A stretch of DNA of 64,000 nucleotides from Raillietiella orientalis (lineage: Eukaryota): assembly GCA_036172245.1 (NCBI GenBank), contig JAYWIR010000037.1, positions 2,108,001 to 2,172,000 of the forward strand, in the 5' to 3' direction. Below are positions 14,501-26,225 of the stretch, in pieces (the stretch's first letter is position 1; the number at the start of each line of letters is the position of its first letter). Below the pieces are notes generated by a model that was not told where the DNA came from, made no database searches, and saw only the letters and a program-made list of their open reading frames with translations. A program made the translations under genes and the position numbers.

Positions 14501-16120
14501 ATTTTGGGATTTATAAATCAACAGATGTGTGATTATTCGTAATCCTTCGGTGTATATTTGTTGTCCAAGTTTTATAGTGAAACTAGCAAGCCCCTTAGTG
14601 GTTTCTTCGACGGATTATTGCTGTGGATTAAAAAGCAATAATTTGTCAAAGAAAGCACCAATTTTATAGAGATTCTTATAAGAAATTGTGCCATTTGCAA
14701 CGAACATGTGCCGAGAACATTTTATAATTGCAGAACTGATGCAGAAAGTTGCAAAGGTGTGGCAACCAAAATAACTGATGCTAACCGTTTTTTTTCTGAG
14801 AAATCAAGCATAAAGCATTTCAAAATCACGTTCTGTTGTGCTTAATAATCTCTGCTTTATTTCGAGATTTTTGTTCTCCAAAACGTTGGCATTTATGATA
14901 TTGTGTTTTATTATGTATAGAAGAATAATGTCTTACCACCTTTCATGGGCACTTAAAAAATTCATGCTTTTCATGATTGATTTTTGTGTCAAATTGTAAA
15001 TTACTACTCTTCCTTAAGGTGATTCATATATTATCCGTATGTATGTTATTAGAATGGTTTATGCATGGTTATGCATTAATTCCCTCATATAATTGATAAA
15101 GCTTAAATGATAGTTTGATGCTATTTTGCTGTGAAACAATTTTGAATATGTTTGAATGTTCTTTTATTATTCTTATTATTTTTTGTATGGAACCATTGTA
15201 TGCTACACTATAAGGTGTTGTTCCCTAAGTCTGCTTTGATGTTTTGTGGGGCTTATACAGAGAAAAATTAGTGTTTTTCTCAGTAATCAGTTTTCGCAAA
15301 GATTCACAGTATGTTCTGAGTTGCAAATGTGTTAATAGCAACTTATTCTAATTGAGAGTTTTGTTGATAAAACTGAGACTTGGAACATTTCAAGTATATA
15401 GATATAAAACTAGGAATGCATCTCATTTTGCTGTGAATTTAGAATTAATCTGTACATTGGTATGAACCTATTGAAGGTTTTTGTGGCATTATGAAAATTT
15501 TTGCTTGCTTGCATTGTTGTGTAGAAAATTGTTTGCATTAAATGTTTGAAGCAGGGATTATGCTTACTTGGCATGTTACTGTTATAGATGATTACATCAT
15601 CTATGTTTAGAATATGCATATCATTCCATAGGCAACATTAAAAAGATGTACGTGCTCCCTGATTTGGAAGCTGCTTTCCCTTTCCTTTGATTTCTGCAGC
15701 ACAGTTTGCATCCAATAAAAGATAATGTAGAATTTAAAGTATGTACAACATAGGTTTTGAAACTTGAATATAGGAAAATCTTAAGTCCTTACTTTAGCAA
15801 AAGGCATGTATTGGCCTTGCTTTATGCACCACATAAATTGTGACTGATTTGATGTGAATTACAAAACAGCGATTGTTAGTTGCAAATTAGGAAATATGTA
15901 ATATACAGAGAAGTTCAGCATTTTATTTGAATTCACATGCTTTAGAAAGTGCGTGATTCTTGATTAAAAAATTTGGTTCTGTACTAAAGTTTGAACATGA
16001 AAAAACAAGGAAATTCTTTACACATACCGTACTGAAAAACTTCCAAATTAGCAACATTTCAGATTTTTCACATTGTTGTCATCCAGATTGTGTATGTCAT
16101 AAATGTAAACTTTATTTAAG

Positions 16121-17462
16121 GTGATTGGGTGAAATTTTTCGTGCAGGCTGGCATTCCAGCCAGTGTATCTTCCAACTATGCAATCATTTTTGCTGATAAC
16201 CGAATTAAAATGAATATGCTTTTGGACTTGAACAAGGAATATTTGAAAGAAATGGGAATCTCAGTATTAGGAGACATCATTGCCATCCTTAAGCATGCTA
16301 AGGAACTACATGCAGAGGTTAGCAATGTTCAGTCTTTGAAAATGCCAACATTGAGTGTTTCAGCTGACCAAAGAAAAAATGTTAGGTCCTTCTGCAGGTT
16401 TGGAGTCACCCAGTGTTTCCACAAGTAAGTTTCATGTACCATATCTGCTCTTGTTTATAAATAAAATCTTTTAGAGATTTCGGTTAAAAGAAAACCTGTG
16501 GAAACTAAAACTCTTGTTGCTTCCAAAAAAATCTTCATTAAGAAACCAGATCGTCAGCCCATTAAGTTTGCTGCTTCTGATGTTCCAGTTGCTTGCAATG
16601 CTGTGCGCCCTGCCATGGATATAAGTGAGAAATCATATTGAGTTTGGTAATTTTTCTGATTGATTTTAGAACGAAGCTCTGTATTTGACAGACTGGGAGG
16701 AGACAGTTGTGTGAGTAGCACTACAGAGATTGATTCTCCAAGTTTCACGATTACTGGTCTGGGAAAGCAGTTCATCCGTTCCAAACCTCTAAACATGGTA
16801 AGTATTCCACATAACTGCTGAGCATTATAAATTAAGTATTCAATTTGAATTTAGGGAGCTAGTCCAGAATTATGTGAACAGCCACTGGCAAATCATGCGA
16901 CTCATCTCAGAATTGATCAACATCCCCAGAAAAAGCCTATCCCAGAGAATGGTACTGTGGACCGAAAATGGACTAATACTAGTAACATTAATTCTGGCAG
17001 ACTGTGTAGAACAGTAAACAAAAACAGCAGTTCAGAATTCCGAATGGGTATGTCCAAAAGTAAAATGTAAAATTAATTCTGGCTTCATTTTAGCAAGTGA
17101 TGAAATGCAAACACATAAGACTGTAAGAGATAGACTAGGAAACCAGATGACAAAAAGTGCTTTATCTAAGGTGAGCATGGCTTACTGAGTGGGAACATTC
17201 ATATTGCTTGCAGTTGGTTATGCCAGAATCTGTGAAGAAAATTGTCAAGAGAGATGGCAAGACTGTCATTATACTTCATAAAAACAAATCACAAACTAGT
17301 AAGGTTGCAGATGGAATGATCTCAGCAAATTTGAATCACTCAAGAATGGTTAGCCCTGTTGTTAAAGCACCTTCAACACCAATGTCCAAACGATTTGCAC
17401 TGAGCAGAGGAAAACCATATACAAAAGCCACAAGTGATGTATTTAGCCGTTTGGGCAGATAA
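16121..17462 (+). CDS. C19orf47-like SAM-domain protein (start exon unresolved)
   Basis: Exons 16121-16317, 16364-16424, 16475-16624, 16670-16797, 16855-17047, 17094-17170, 17214-17462, all GT-AG and phase consistent. SAM-like N-terminus DWVKFFVQAGIPASVSSNYAIIFADNRIKMNMLLDLNKEYLKEMGISVLGDIIAILKHAK. Repeated SVFDRLG / VRDRLG / DVFSRLG motifs. Confidence 0.85.
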
Positions 17463-17538
17463 ATGCTAGTTGCAAGTAATTTGCATTTTAATATGATCTG
17501 TGATTTATTGGATACTTTCAATAATTTTGTATTCAGCA

Positions 17539-17977
17539 TTAATCTGGCTCGTTTATTGCAGAAGAAATACCAGCTAATTTCAGTTGTTTGCTAAGTTCAC
17601 CACTTTGGTGCAGTTGTAAAAGAATGTCACAACCACCTATGAATTCACCATCAATGTATACTTGGGGGATGGTTGGCCATTTGCTGTATTCTTTGATTCC
17701 TATAATAGTAATAGTTAATCTTGGCAACAATAATTCAATAACAACCTTGCCGTAGTTCATCATTTTCTAAAACATTGTAACTCTGAAATTCCACATTATG
17801 CATACGTAAGATTTGCACAACTGCATTGCTGAAACCACACATAGGCTGATCAGGAATCCCTTTCATAAACACAACTACTTTATGATGATGTATCAGCTTA
17901 TCTAGATATTCTTTGTTTATTGTGCAAAGGAGCCTTTGATAGCATTTCCGTAAGCTACTGAGTTTTAATCTTATCAT
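17539..17977 (-). CDS. GLRX5: Mitochondrial monothiol glutaredoxin 5 (130 aa)
   Basis: Exons 17977-17746 and 17699-17539 with a 46-nt intron. Motifs VVFMKG, CGFS active site, [13 protein letters not shown]. Basic mitochondrial presequence-like N-terminus. Confidence 0.95.
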
Positions 17978-17986
17978 TACACTTAG

Positions 17987-18439
17987 TTAATCAGTGTACT
18001 CTTCTTCACTGGAAGAAAGGTATTTGAACAACCACTGATCATCCACCAACTAAAAAGGCATGCACAGAAACATTCGACCAAATAAGAACATGTAGGCTTA
18101 CGACTTGGGAATTCGAACTTTCCTCCTTTGTTCGTTCTGCAGTATGTAGTTTGTTTCCTAAATCTTCAATTGTTTCATGAAGTTTCGCTCTTGCTTCCAG
18201 TGCGTTATTTACCTAAGTGAAATTGTATCAGTATAATCGTAAAGCTACTGTGTCACTTAAAATGTACAAATATGCTTTTTCGATAACAAATTAAGTCAAG
18301 ATCAAGTTTTTACTTTCAGTATCTTGTAACAGCTACTATAAAACTCATCATTTGAGCTATGCAGTAAAACGTCAAAAATAGAACTCGTAATCCTTTCGTA
18401 GTAAAGTTTTCGACTTTCTATCGAATTTTTTTCATTCAT
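17987..18439 (-). CDS. Orphan 99-aa spliced protein with a coiled-coil-like middle, ending 9 nt upstream of the GLRX5 ATG
   Basis: Exons 18439-18314, 18212-18102, 18049-17987 with two phase-0 GT-AG introns (101 and 52 nt). Translation: MNEKNSIESRKLYYERITSSIFDVLLHSSNDEFYSSCYKILK-VNNALEARAKLHETIEDLGNKLHTAERTKEESSNSQV-LVDDQWLFKYLSSSEEEYTD*. Confidence 0.6.
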
Positions 18440-21079
18440 TTATTCCGCCGAATAGTATTATTGCCGAGTGCACCTCACACGCATACTACCAACACACACT
18501 ACCAATCACATCATAAAAGTAAAAATACAAAATCAAGAGCTTAAACTCCTTTTACACAAAAGTTTCTCTATGAAATACGGGCTCACGTTCAATTTTATTG
18601 AAACATGGATCAAGCACTAATTTAAACCAGGAAACAAACGTAATCAATGATTTTTAGATGAACCAAAACTGTAGTCTCGCCAGTTACTTGAAAGACATCA
18701 CTATTATCTTGTGTGCAAATTCGGTTTCCATTCATATTAAGAATTTCAGTTTAATTCTGATTCCAGAATTCAGAAATCAAAACTAAGGAGGCTGTTCCTC
18801 AGCAGGGAATTCTTGAGATGGTCTCAATTTATCTGTATAATGTAACTCTAGAGTAATTATGACGTGAATGAGCCTGATTTTTTCGACAACTGAGAAGACT
18901 ACTTAAATGCAGCTACATGTGGATTGTTATGTAAACGGCTTCTTGCATTTGGACAACGTTTAAGGAATTACTGCATTCAATCCGCTATGTCTGGAAGGCA
19001 TGTTATGTTAAATTAGTGCTTACCTTAATAAGAAACTGCATAATACCTTCGCCATGCTAAAATTCGTCTTCGCAAGATAAACTTTCAAAGATAAACATTG
19101 CGTTGTATTTTGCGTTTTTTACTTGTTTCCATTCAAATTTAGTCAACTAGACATGTTACAAAGTTGTTCTCCAAGTCAGCGCTGATATCTGAATCACATA
19201 GACATATTTGAGAATCTAAAGAAAGTAGTAAAGAATGCATTCAGCTTTAATATTTAGTTCATCTCTTTCACTTCATTTGTTTTACCATGTTTTGGTTCAA
19301 CAGATTTCCCTCATTGTAGAGGAACTGCAATGTGTGGATCGCAACTATACATTTCCTAAGAATTTAAGGTCCATGAGAGACACCTCTGATTCGGTTTCCA
19401 AGAATCAGGACTTACTGCACTCCAAAGATTATGTGGAATGAAATACAATATAATGCTCATGGGACTGACGATGGTGCTGTATCAAGGCCAAAATAGAAAA
19501 TTTAGATCAGATTTTCGTATACACTTTTTAAAATGTGTTATCTAATTAACGAAGAACGAAAAATGGTTTGCTTTTATTGATTATGTGATGCAGGCAGAAG
19601 AAATGTGCCTTGTGAGTAAAGTCTTGGGGAGAAGGACGATAACCACAGATACTCCATACAGAGAAGTATATTCGAGATAATAAATGATTATTATTAAAAA
19701 AAAAAAAAAATCTTGAAAAATTACTCCTCAGAGAATTTGATTCATTTTATTTCAAAGATTCCGATAAAAGATAACATCATACATATCGGAAATGATAAAA
19801 GTCGAACGATAGGAAGAAAATGTGAAGCGGATCGTTTGCCTGTCAAAACTTATGATTGAAGGTTCAGGTTGTGAGAAATGAATTAACCATTAGCCTTAAT
19901 GATTTCTTAAATTGAGAATAAATAGAAATAAGCAAAAATACAAGAAATGAAACAAGTTTGCGTTACATTCATTATTTTCTTGCTTCAAAGAAATCAATTA
20001 TTCTACTGCAATCATTTACAAAAATTTTGCTTGTGAGGTAAACGACTGCAGATTTTATGGAATAAGTCTAAACTTCTCATGTTAAAGAATGTATTCTTTG
20101 GTGGATTCTTAAGCTTTGTAGTACTAATAATCCATTACATAATTAATTAGACGAGAATTTGAGGAAAAAGAGCCAAAGAGAAGCTCGGGAAGAAGAAAGT
20201 TGCTTTCGTAATTGATGCTGGATTCTGTGATTGATTCTAGGATCCTATAAATAGTAGGGAAGAAACTTATAAATGAAGGGTACCTGACCAAAAAAAATGG
20301 GCATGATCATTACTGGAGAGGCTTGGAAAGTGTTACATTACTTTTTAGGTGGTATGAATAACAATGAGTTGTAAGAGTTTAAGAATAGCCTTGATTGGAC
20401 TTTTAAAATCAATTGATGATCACGAAAATCCCATGAAAAGTAAACAAGCTGGTAGTTTTGATGCATCTCAAGTGAAAACCAATCCAATTCCTTGTACCAT
20501 CAGACAGCACATCCCAATATTATCCTTTAGAAACCTTTAATAGCTCATAACGCAAGATAGAAAAGTTTGAATTTGAAATTAATTTAAGGAGTTTGCACTG
20601 AGTATATAAAAAGAAAAAAAAGCTGGCAGATTTGGAAATTACAATTTTATGATTATAAATGGGCGATTGACTTCAGCTCAGTTTTCGAAAAGTGTGCAAA
20701 AATGGTCTCACGATGAGTGAAAGTTATTTGCCAAATTTCATGATGCCAAACATGGTCAGACAGCGAATCTGTGCAAACATGAAAATTAATTGAATGAGAT
20801 GGAGTTTTTCAAATGATAATTTCAAAAATTGAACGATTAATCCCTCTCGTTAAGAAATTAATAACGGAGAACAGCACATTCCCTTTGCTATTTCTTTTGT
20901 GAACACAAAAAGCAAAGAGAACTATTTTCGTGGCAACATTATTTTCACATCAACCTTGAAAATCCTTTCTTTCCATTAGTCATAACTGTTTTCTGATTCC
21001 CCGATATTAGAGAGAGAGCATGAACCGTGAGTTCCAACTAAAAGTCTCGTTTTTTTTCTCTGCATACAATCCCTTTTCT

Positions 21080-21122
21080 ATCGGTAATATAGAATGAAGT
21101 CATCGGTAATATAGAATGAAGT
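21080..21122. repeat. 22-bp-period tandem duplication
   Basis: atcggtaatatagaatgaagt at 21080-21100 and again at 21102-21122. Confidence 0.85.
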
Positions 21123-22591
21123 TGGGTAACCGGCGAGGCTAAATCCCACGCTTTTGCCATTTTTTTGTTTCACTTTCCTGGAATCCGAACGGTGCGGGGC
21201 TTCCAGAAGGGTTTCCTTCCGATAGGGACTAACAGGATTGAGCAATTTGATCCATTAGCTTATCGTTGACACTAGAAACTTCGACATGAAATCGTTGAAC
21301 TGATGTTTCCACCAGACACTCATTCTTTAATCAGCGATTCGGCATTCGTTCTTCAAATTGGATGCGTCCTCGGCCGCCTGTAAGACTTCTGCAGTGAGGT
21401 GTAAAACCTAGTGTTGCTTGCCCTGCAGAGGCCACTGGTTTTCCTGGTGTCCCTTGCTAGATGAGACGGTCACTAGGTGCTTCTGTTGGTCGGTCGACAG
21501 GAATCGGTGATCGTCGGTAACATGTGGAAGTTATGCAAGTACGGAGCTTTGCTGTGAGCATCAGTGCAGCAACTTGCAACTGCATCTCCAGAATAAATGC
21601 TGCATCTGCTGAGCAATGAGTTGCTTAAAGAAATGCAACTTTCAGTTCCAAATGAACAGCTACATTAGCAGCAATAATTAAATACTTGGAAAATCACATG
21701 CTTCAAGGAAACCTTTACAATATGAATTCTGATTTGCCGAATCTATCGTTTCTTTTCAAATTAGTCCTTACAAAATAATTGGAAACATGAGGATATTCTT
21801 TTATGCAGCTCATCTTATTGAAGGTACTTGAAAAAAAATTCAGCAAACATATGGATTTTTAAAAATCTAGTTTTTAAAATTAAATGCTAATAAATCTTGA
21901 ACAATTTCTTAACAAGATCTCTTCTTACTTTGGTAATATATGCTTAATGAGTTACACCTAAGTTTGGGCTACACTTACAAAGCATTACCTTTGACATCTG
22001 CTAATCCTGAATAATGCTAATGTTACTCTATGGCTTAACAAGGAATTCAGTGTTTCTGATGTGATTCGCTGTGACAGTTTAACCAAGCAATTTACTACAA
22101 ATCTGATATTTCAAAACAGTCACTCTTTAATAAATAATTCTTGAAAGTTTTTCTCGCTCAAACCTCGGACTCTGAAATCTTCCAAGAAAAATGATCTCAT
22201 TGTGCAAAAAAACAAAGGAATTGATTAAAACTGTATGAAAATATGAAATCTTTCATATCTTCTGATTAACAGAATGCATGCACATTCAAGTGGAGCTAAT
22301 GCATGAATGATAATTATAATCACTTGAAATCTAACATATACACTACTAAAACCTAATTAATATATTTCTTCCAGCTGTGATTGTAATTAAAGAGCTTTGA
22401 GATTTTTCCATAAATTTTGCTTGAAGGCCATTTTTGTCACCAATCAGTAAAAGTCAGTATCTTGCACATATTAGTATACCACCACAAATTTTCTGGTAAG
22501 AAATGTATTTTCACAATTAAAAATCGAAAACACCTTCTTATGCAGCGAATTTTCAATATCAGACGACTAGTTTTAAAGTTCATAGTGATTT

Positions 22592-23474
22592 TCAAACATC
22601 TACCACCATCTTTTTGTGCACATCAGTATTTCCAACCACCTACACAAGCATTTTTTAATTTCATCGACTGCTTTTCACTTACTGTACAAAATTCTTCAAA
22701 GGAAATTTTCCCATCTTCATCTTTATCTGCAAACAGGATAGTTTTGTCAACAATTTGTTGCAGCTGAGTATCCTTCAGATTGTTTCCTACCATCATTTTG
22801 AGCACCTGAATAACATAAATCATGAATTTAAGGTTATCTAAAATACCTGAAATAACTCTCCGTTTGATATATATCCATCATTATCCATGTCATAAATTCG
22901 AAAAGCAAAACGCAATTTTGATTCTTTGTCTCCCTTCACACTAAACTGAGACATACCTTGTATGAACTCTGAAAATTACAAAAATTTCCCCACTTATATC
23001 ATGAAATGAGGCATTACCCTTAAAATCCACCTCTCCATTACCATCTGCATCAAAAATATCGATTACTCTTTGAACAAGAGGATTTTGTTGCAGTTCAGGA
23101 AGTGACATAAACTCTTCAACACTCAGACTACCAGAACCATCCAAATCTAGTTTCCGAAAACGCTTGCCCAATCGCTTGATCTCATCAGCATCAACTAACA
23201 TAAACATTAGAAACAGATCACCATTAACTTCCTCTACAATTTTAATGACTACTCTATATACTGCTTTGAATTCTCAAATGATTCAGAGCAAAAGAAAGCT
23301 AGACAAACACCTTGAGAATTTATGATTTCTTGATGGACAATTTTCTACACAAAAAAAGCCTGCCAAAGTATAGGAAGCATAACTTACAATTGGAACACAT
23401 TTCCATTGATAGTGATGCCTCGTTACCCTGCAAAATATAATGTCATAAACTGAATTGCTGTGGTTACTTACCAT
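22592..23474 (-). CDS. PPP3R1: Calcineurin regulatory subunit B (170 aa, 4 EF-hands, N-myristoylation motif)
   Basis: Exons 23474-23472 (ATG only), 23427-23388, 23194-23018, 22968-22847, 22805-22683, 22639-22592; total 513 nt. Translation MGNEAS...[29 protein letters not shown]...HKKMVVDV*. Confidence 0.97.
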
Positions 23475-23819
23475 TTTGTATTTTTTTTTTTGTATTTTTT
23501 TTGTTGCTGTTGCTGGGATTTTTTTTCAAGATTTCAATTTCAACAACCACTCAAGCATCCATATTGGAGTTGAAGTATTCTCCACCCTGCTATTTACGCT
23601 TTTCAAAAATCTTATTCAGTTTCTTTGCGCATTCAACTAAAACGGCCACTATTAACCTCTGCAGTTACACACAAAAATCACACGAGAAAAGGAAAGGAAC
23701 GGAAAAGGGAAAAAGAAAAAAAAAAAAGGAAAGGAAACGTTCCAAAAATTATTAACCGTGATATTCCGCTGAAAAACAAATCATTACGAAATCCCCAATG
23801 AAACCGTGCAATAAGTAAA

Positions 23820-24250
23820 TCCGCCTTCCAGGGCCACTCTGCACGAATCGCATCAAGTCCTAAACCTTTGGCTGCATGTCATTAATTAGCGCAAGCACGA
23901 CCAACACTTCCGTCTCCATCGTCGCGCCTGGCAACAGCACCGTGCGGTGCACTCGCCGCAACCGAGACCTCCGAAGCGCCGAGTGCACACCCCGCACTGG
24001 CGCAGCTGCCCGCCTTGCAAGCGATGAGACGTCTCCCGTGGAGGTGATTTCACGGAAAACAGTTTGAGAAATCAGGGTTCCCTCACGCGTGCACCTGCGG
24101 GTTGCCATGCTACAACTCGTGCTCTTCGTGTTGTCTGCCCGCTTGATTCCTGATTTCTGTACACTGCATGTTCGAAAGAAGAGCTTGGAGGGGTGTGCAC
24201 GAAGACAAATGCATGTGGATATACAACGAGTATACACAGCATGCATGATG
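23820..24250. other. GC-rich multi-stem-loop element (candidate structured RNA or regulatory island)
   Basis: Nested inverted repeats cgtctc-catcg/cgatg-agacg, gtgcgg/ccgcac and gtgcactcg/cgagtgcac (23911-24031). Further stems ccgtgga/ttcacgg (24036-24055), agaaatcagg/cctgatttct (24067-24158) and atgcatg/catgcat (24209-24247). Confidence 0.45.
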
Positions 24251-24937
24251 AACCTCCATACCTCCTCGATCGATTCTGGTTAAAGCATTTTGAAATGAAA
24301 ATGAAAAGTGTGCAGTCAGTGTCCCCTTGTGATTTCACAAATTCCAATGGCGTCATTAAAAAAAATTCTTTTGCAGCAGGGACTAAGAGAAGTACTGCAG
24401 AACAGTGCCATTCTCACTCAGTATATGTGTGTAGACATGCGGATAGACATGTGTATCAGTATCTCTTCAGCATAACTATGGCCCAAACAAAACCTGTAGG
24501 AATGGAAGAAGAGACAAGATGACATAAAAAAAACCAAACATCTGAACCATATCTTCATTTGAAACTTCAATAAAACGTCATGAATCTATACTTTCTAAGT
24601 TCCCTTATAAAAAAGATTCAAGTGGCAGCAAACGCGTTTTCATTTTTTTTTTTTATTCCATATGCAAGCTATTGCCTAAAAACGAGTAAATGGCTTTTGA
24701 AATCATTTTAAGAAACTTTTGCATCTTTTCGTTTTTAGCTGAGCTTCCTAACAAAGCGGCATGATTAAACTTATGACACCGAAAATAATAAGTAAATAAT
24801 TGGGAACCGCTAAGTGTGAACCATCGAAAGATTTGGCCTTGGTTTCCATGACACCTCCGTACGGATTATTAAACTTTTAAATTTCAGATCAAATACCTTC
24901 TTTGTGTAGCACGACTAAAATCCAAAGGTTCCTGGAA

Positions 24938-25841
24938 ATGATTCCGAAATCCATTCGGTAGTGATCATGAGACTAATATTTAGATAACGACCTACGTCTT
25001 TGGATTAAATTTAGATTGATTGCAGCCACTTAAATCGCTCCAGGATGAGAGAAGAGCGGGAGAGAGAATGCAGTGATCCAAGTAAGTTCTATGGAAACTC
25101 TTAGTAAACGAACGAACGAACTTAGGTATGCCATACTCCACGGGAACGCTCGAAAACCTTGTGGAACAGCTTCATGGGATTTCGGTAAGTTTCCACAGAT
25201 CGACTGGATTTACAGAAAAAAACGATAATGCAGCTTTCCAAGATTTTGAAATTCCTTCTTTTTCCCCTCCCCCCAGAACAGTTCATCTATGCAAAGGGAA
25301 AATGAAGAGCTTAAAAAGCGGATATCACGGATGGTACAGATTTCGTTTATTGATATTTCTCCATTTCTCTATTCCTTAAAATAATTGGCAAACTGTTAAT
25401 TGTCCTTTTGTTTTTGATAGCCTTATGAGTGGGCCGAGCGTAGGACACCTCTAGAAGACAAAATTAACGCCATCAGAGCTGATCTGAGAGGTATTTGAAG
25501 AAGTCGCTTCTTTTACGCATACTTTAACATTCAGATGCAGTGAATGAAGAAATAAAACTCATTTCAGTATATAATTCCGTTTTGTAGATGTGGAAAAGGA
25601 AATTAGAGAAATGCAAGAACAAGTGGAAATGGAAAAAAAGCAATATGAAGAGCGCAATCAAGAATATCAGAGACTTCTAGACGAACAAAGACGTCTTCAG
25701 TCAGAAATTAAAGCATACAGAGAAAAATCAAGGCGAATTCAAAAGCAGTTTCGTTTAGTAGGCCGTAAAATGGGGAATGACGCTGTTCTAATGGATGGGT
25801 TAGTTCCTTTATACTCTGTACACCTGAATTGTATCGCTTAA
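24938..25841 (+). CDS. Orphan coiled-coil protein (~171 aa, start uncertain)
   Basis: Exons 24938-24957, 25026-25081, 25126-25184, 25277-25333, 25421-25490, 25588-25841, all phase consistent. An alternative in-frame acceptor lies at 25534. E/K/Q/R-rich heptads such as QRENEELKKRISRM and EKEIREMQEQVEMEKKQYEERNQEYQRLLDEQ. Confidence 0.65.
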
Positions 25842-26225
25842 CTCCAGAAGGCGAAATTGCGACGTTTCACAGAAGTTTCGCTGAATCTCTTGACTCTTAT
25901 TTCTTTGAAAATAAGCAACTCTTGTATGGAGAATGAGTTATGAGAAATGAGAGGTCCTCGGAAAAATACTCGGAAATCGGACTCATGTGGCCGTAAAAAA
26001 AATTGGGTGCTTCTGAGGCTCGTCACGCAATCATACGTGCGACTTCCTCTTAGAAACGATTATGGGAGTACGCGGTTTTAATGCCGACGGGAATCGCTTG
26101 TGTACAGTTTCACTGAACTACATCATTGTACATGTAGTGACGCACCATATAATTTGTTTGTATCCGCGTTCTTGTGTTTCATAACCCAAGTAACTTTGGG
26201 AAATTTGGGGCAATCAAGACTGGAA

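Noticed and set aside
14480..14620. Minus-strand peptide SVEETTKGLASFTIKLGQQIYTEGLRIIT resembling bacterial PBP1A (LYTGGLKIYTT), suggesting HGT
   Set aside because: Short, bounded by stops, and without transglycosylase or transpeptidase motifs nearby. Most likely chance.
19300..20500. FPHCRG (Harbinger-like) and VAFVIDAG (retropepsin-like) motifs
   Set aside because: Single short motifs without supporting collinear domains.
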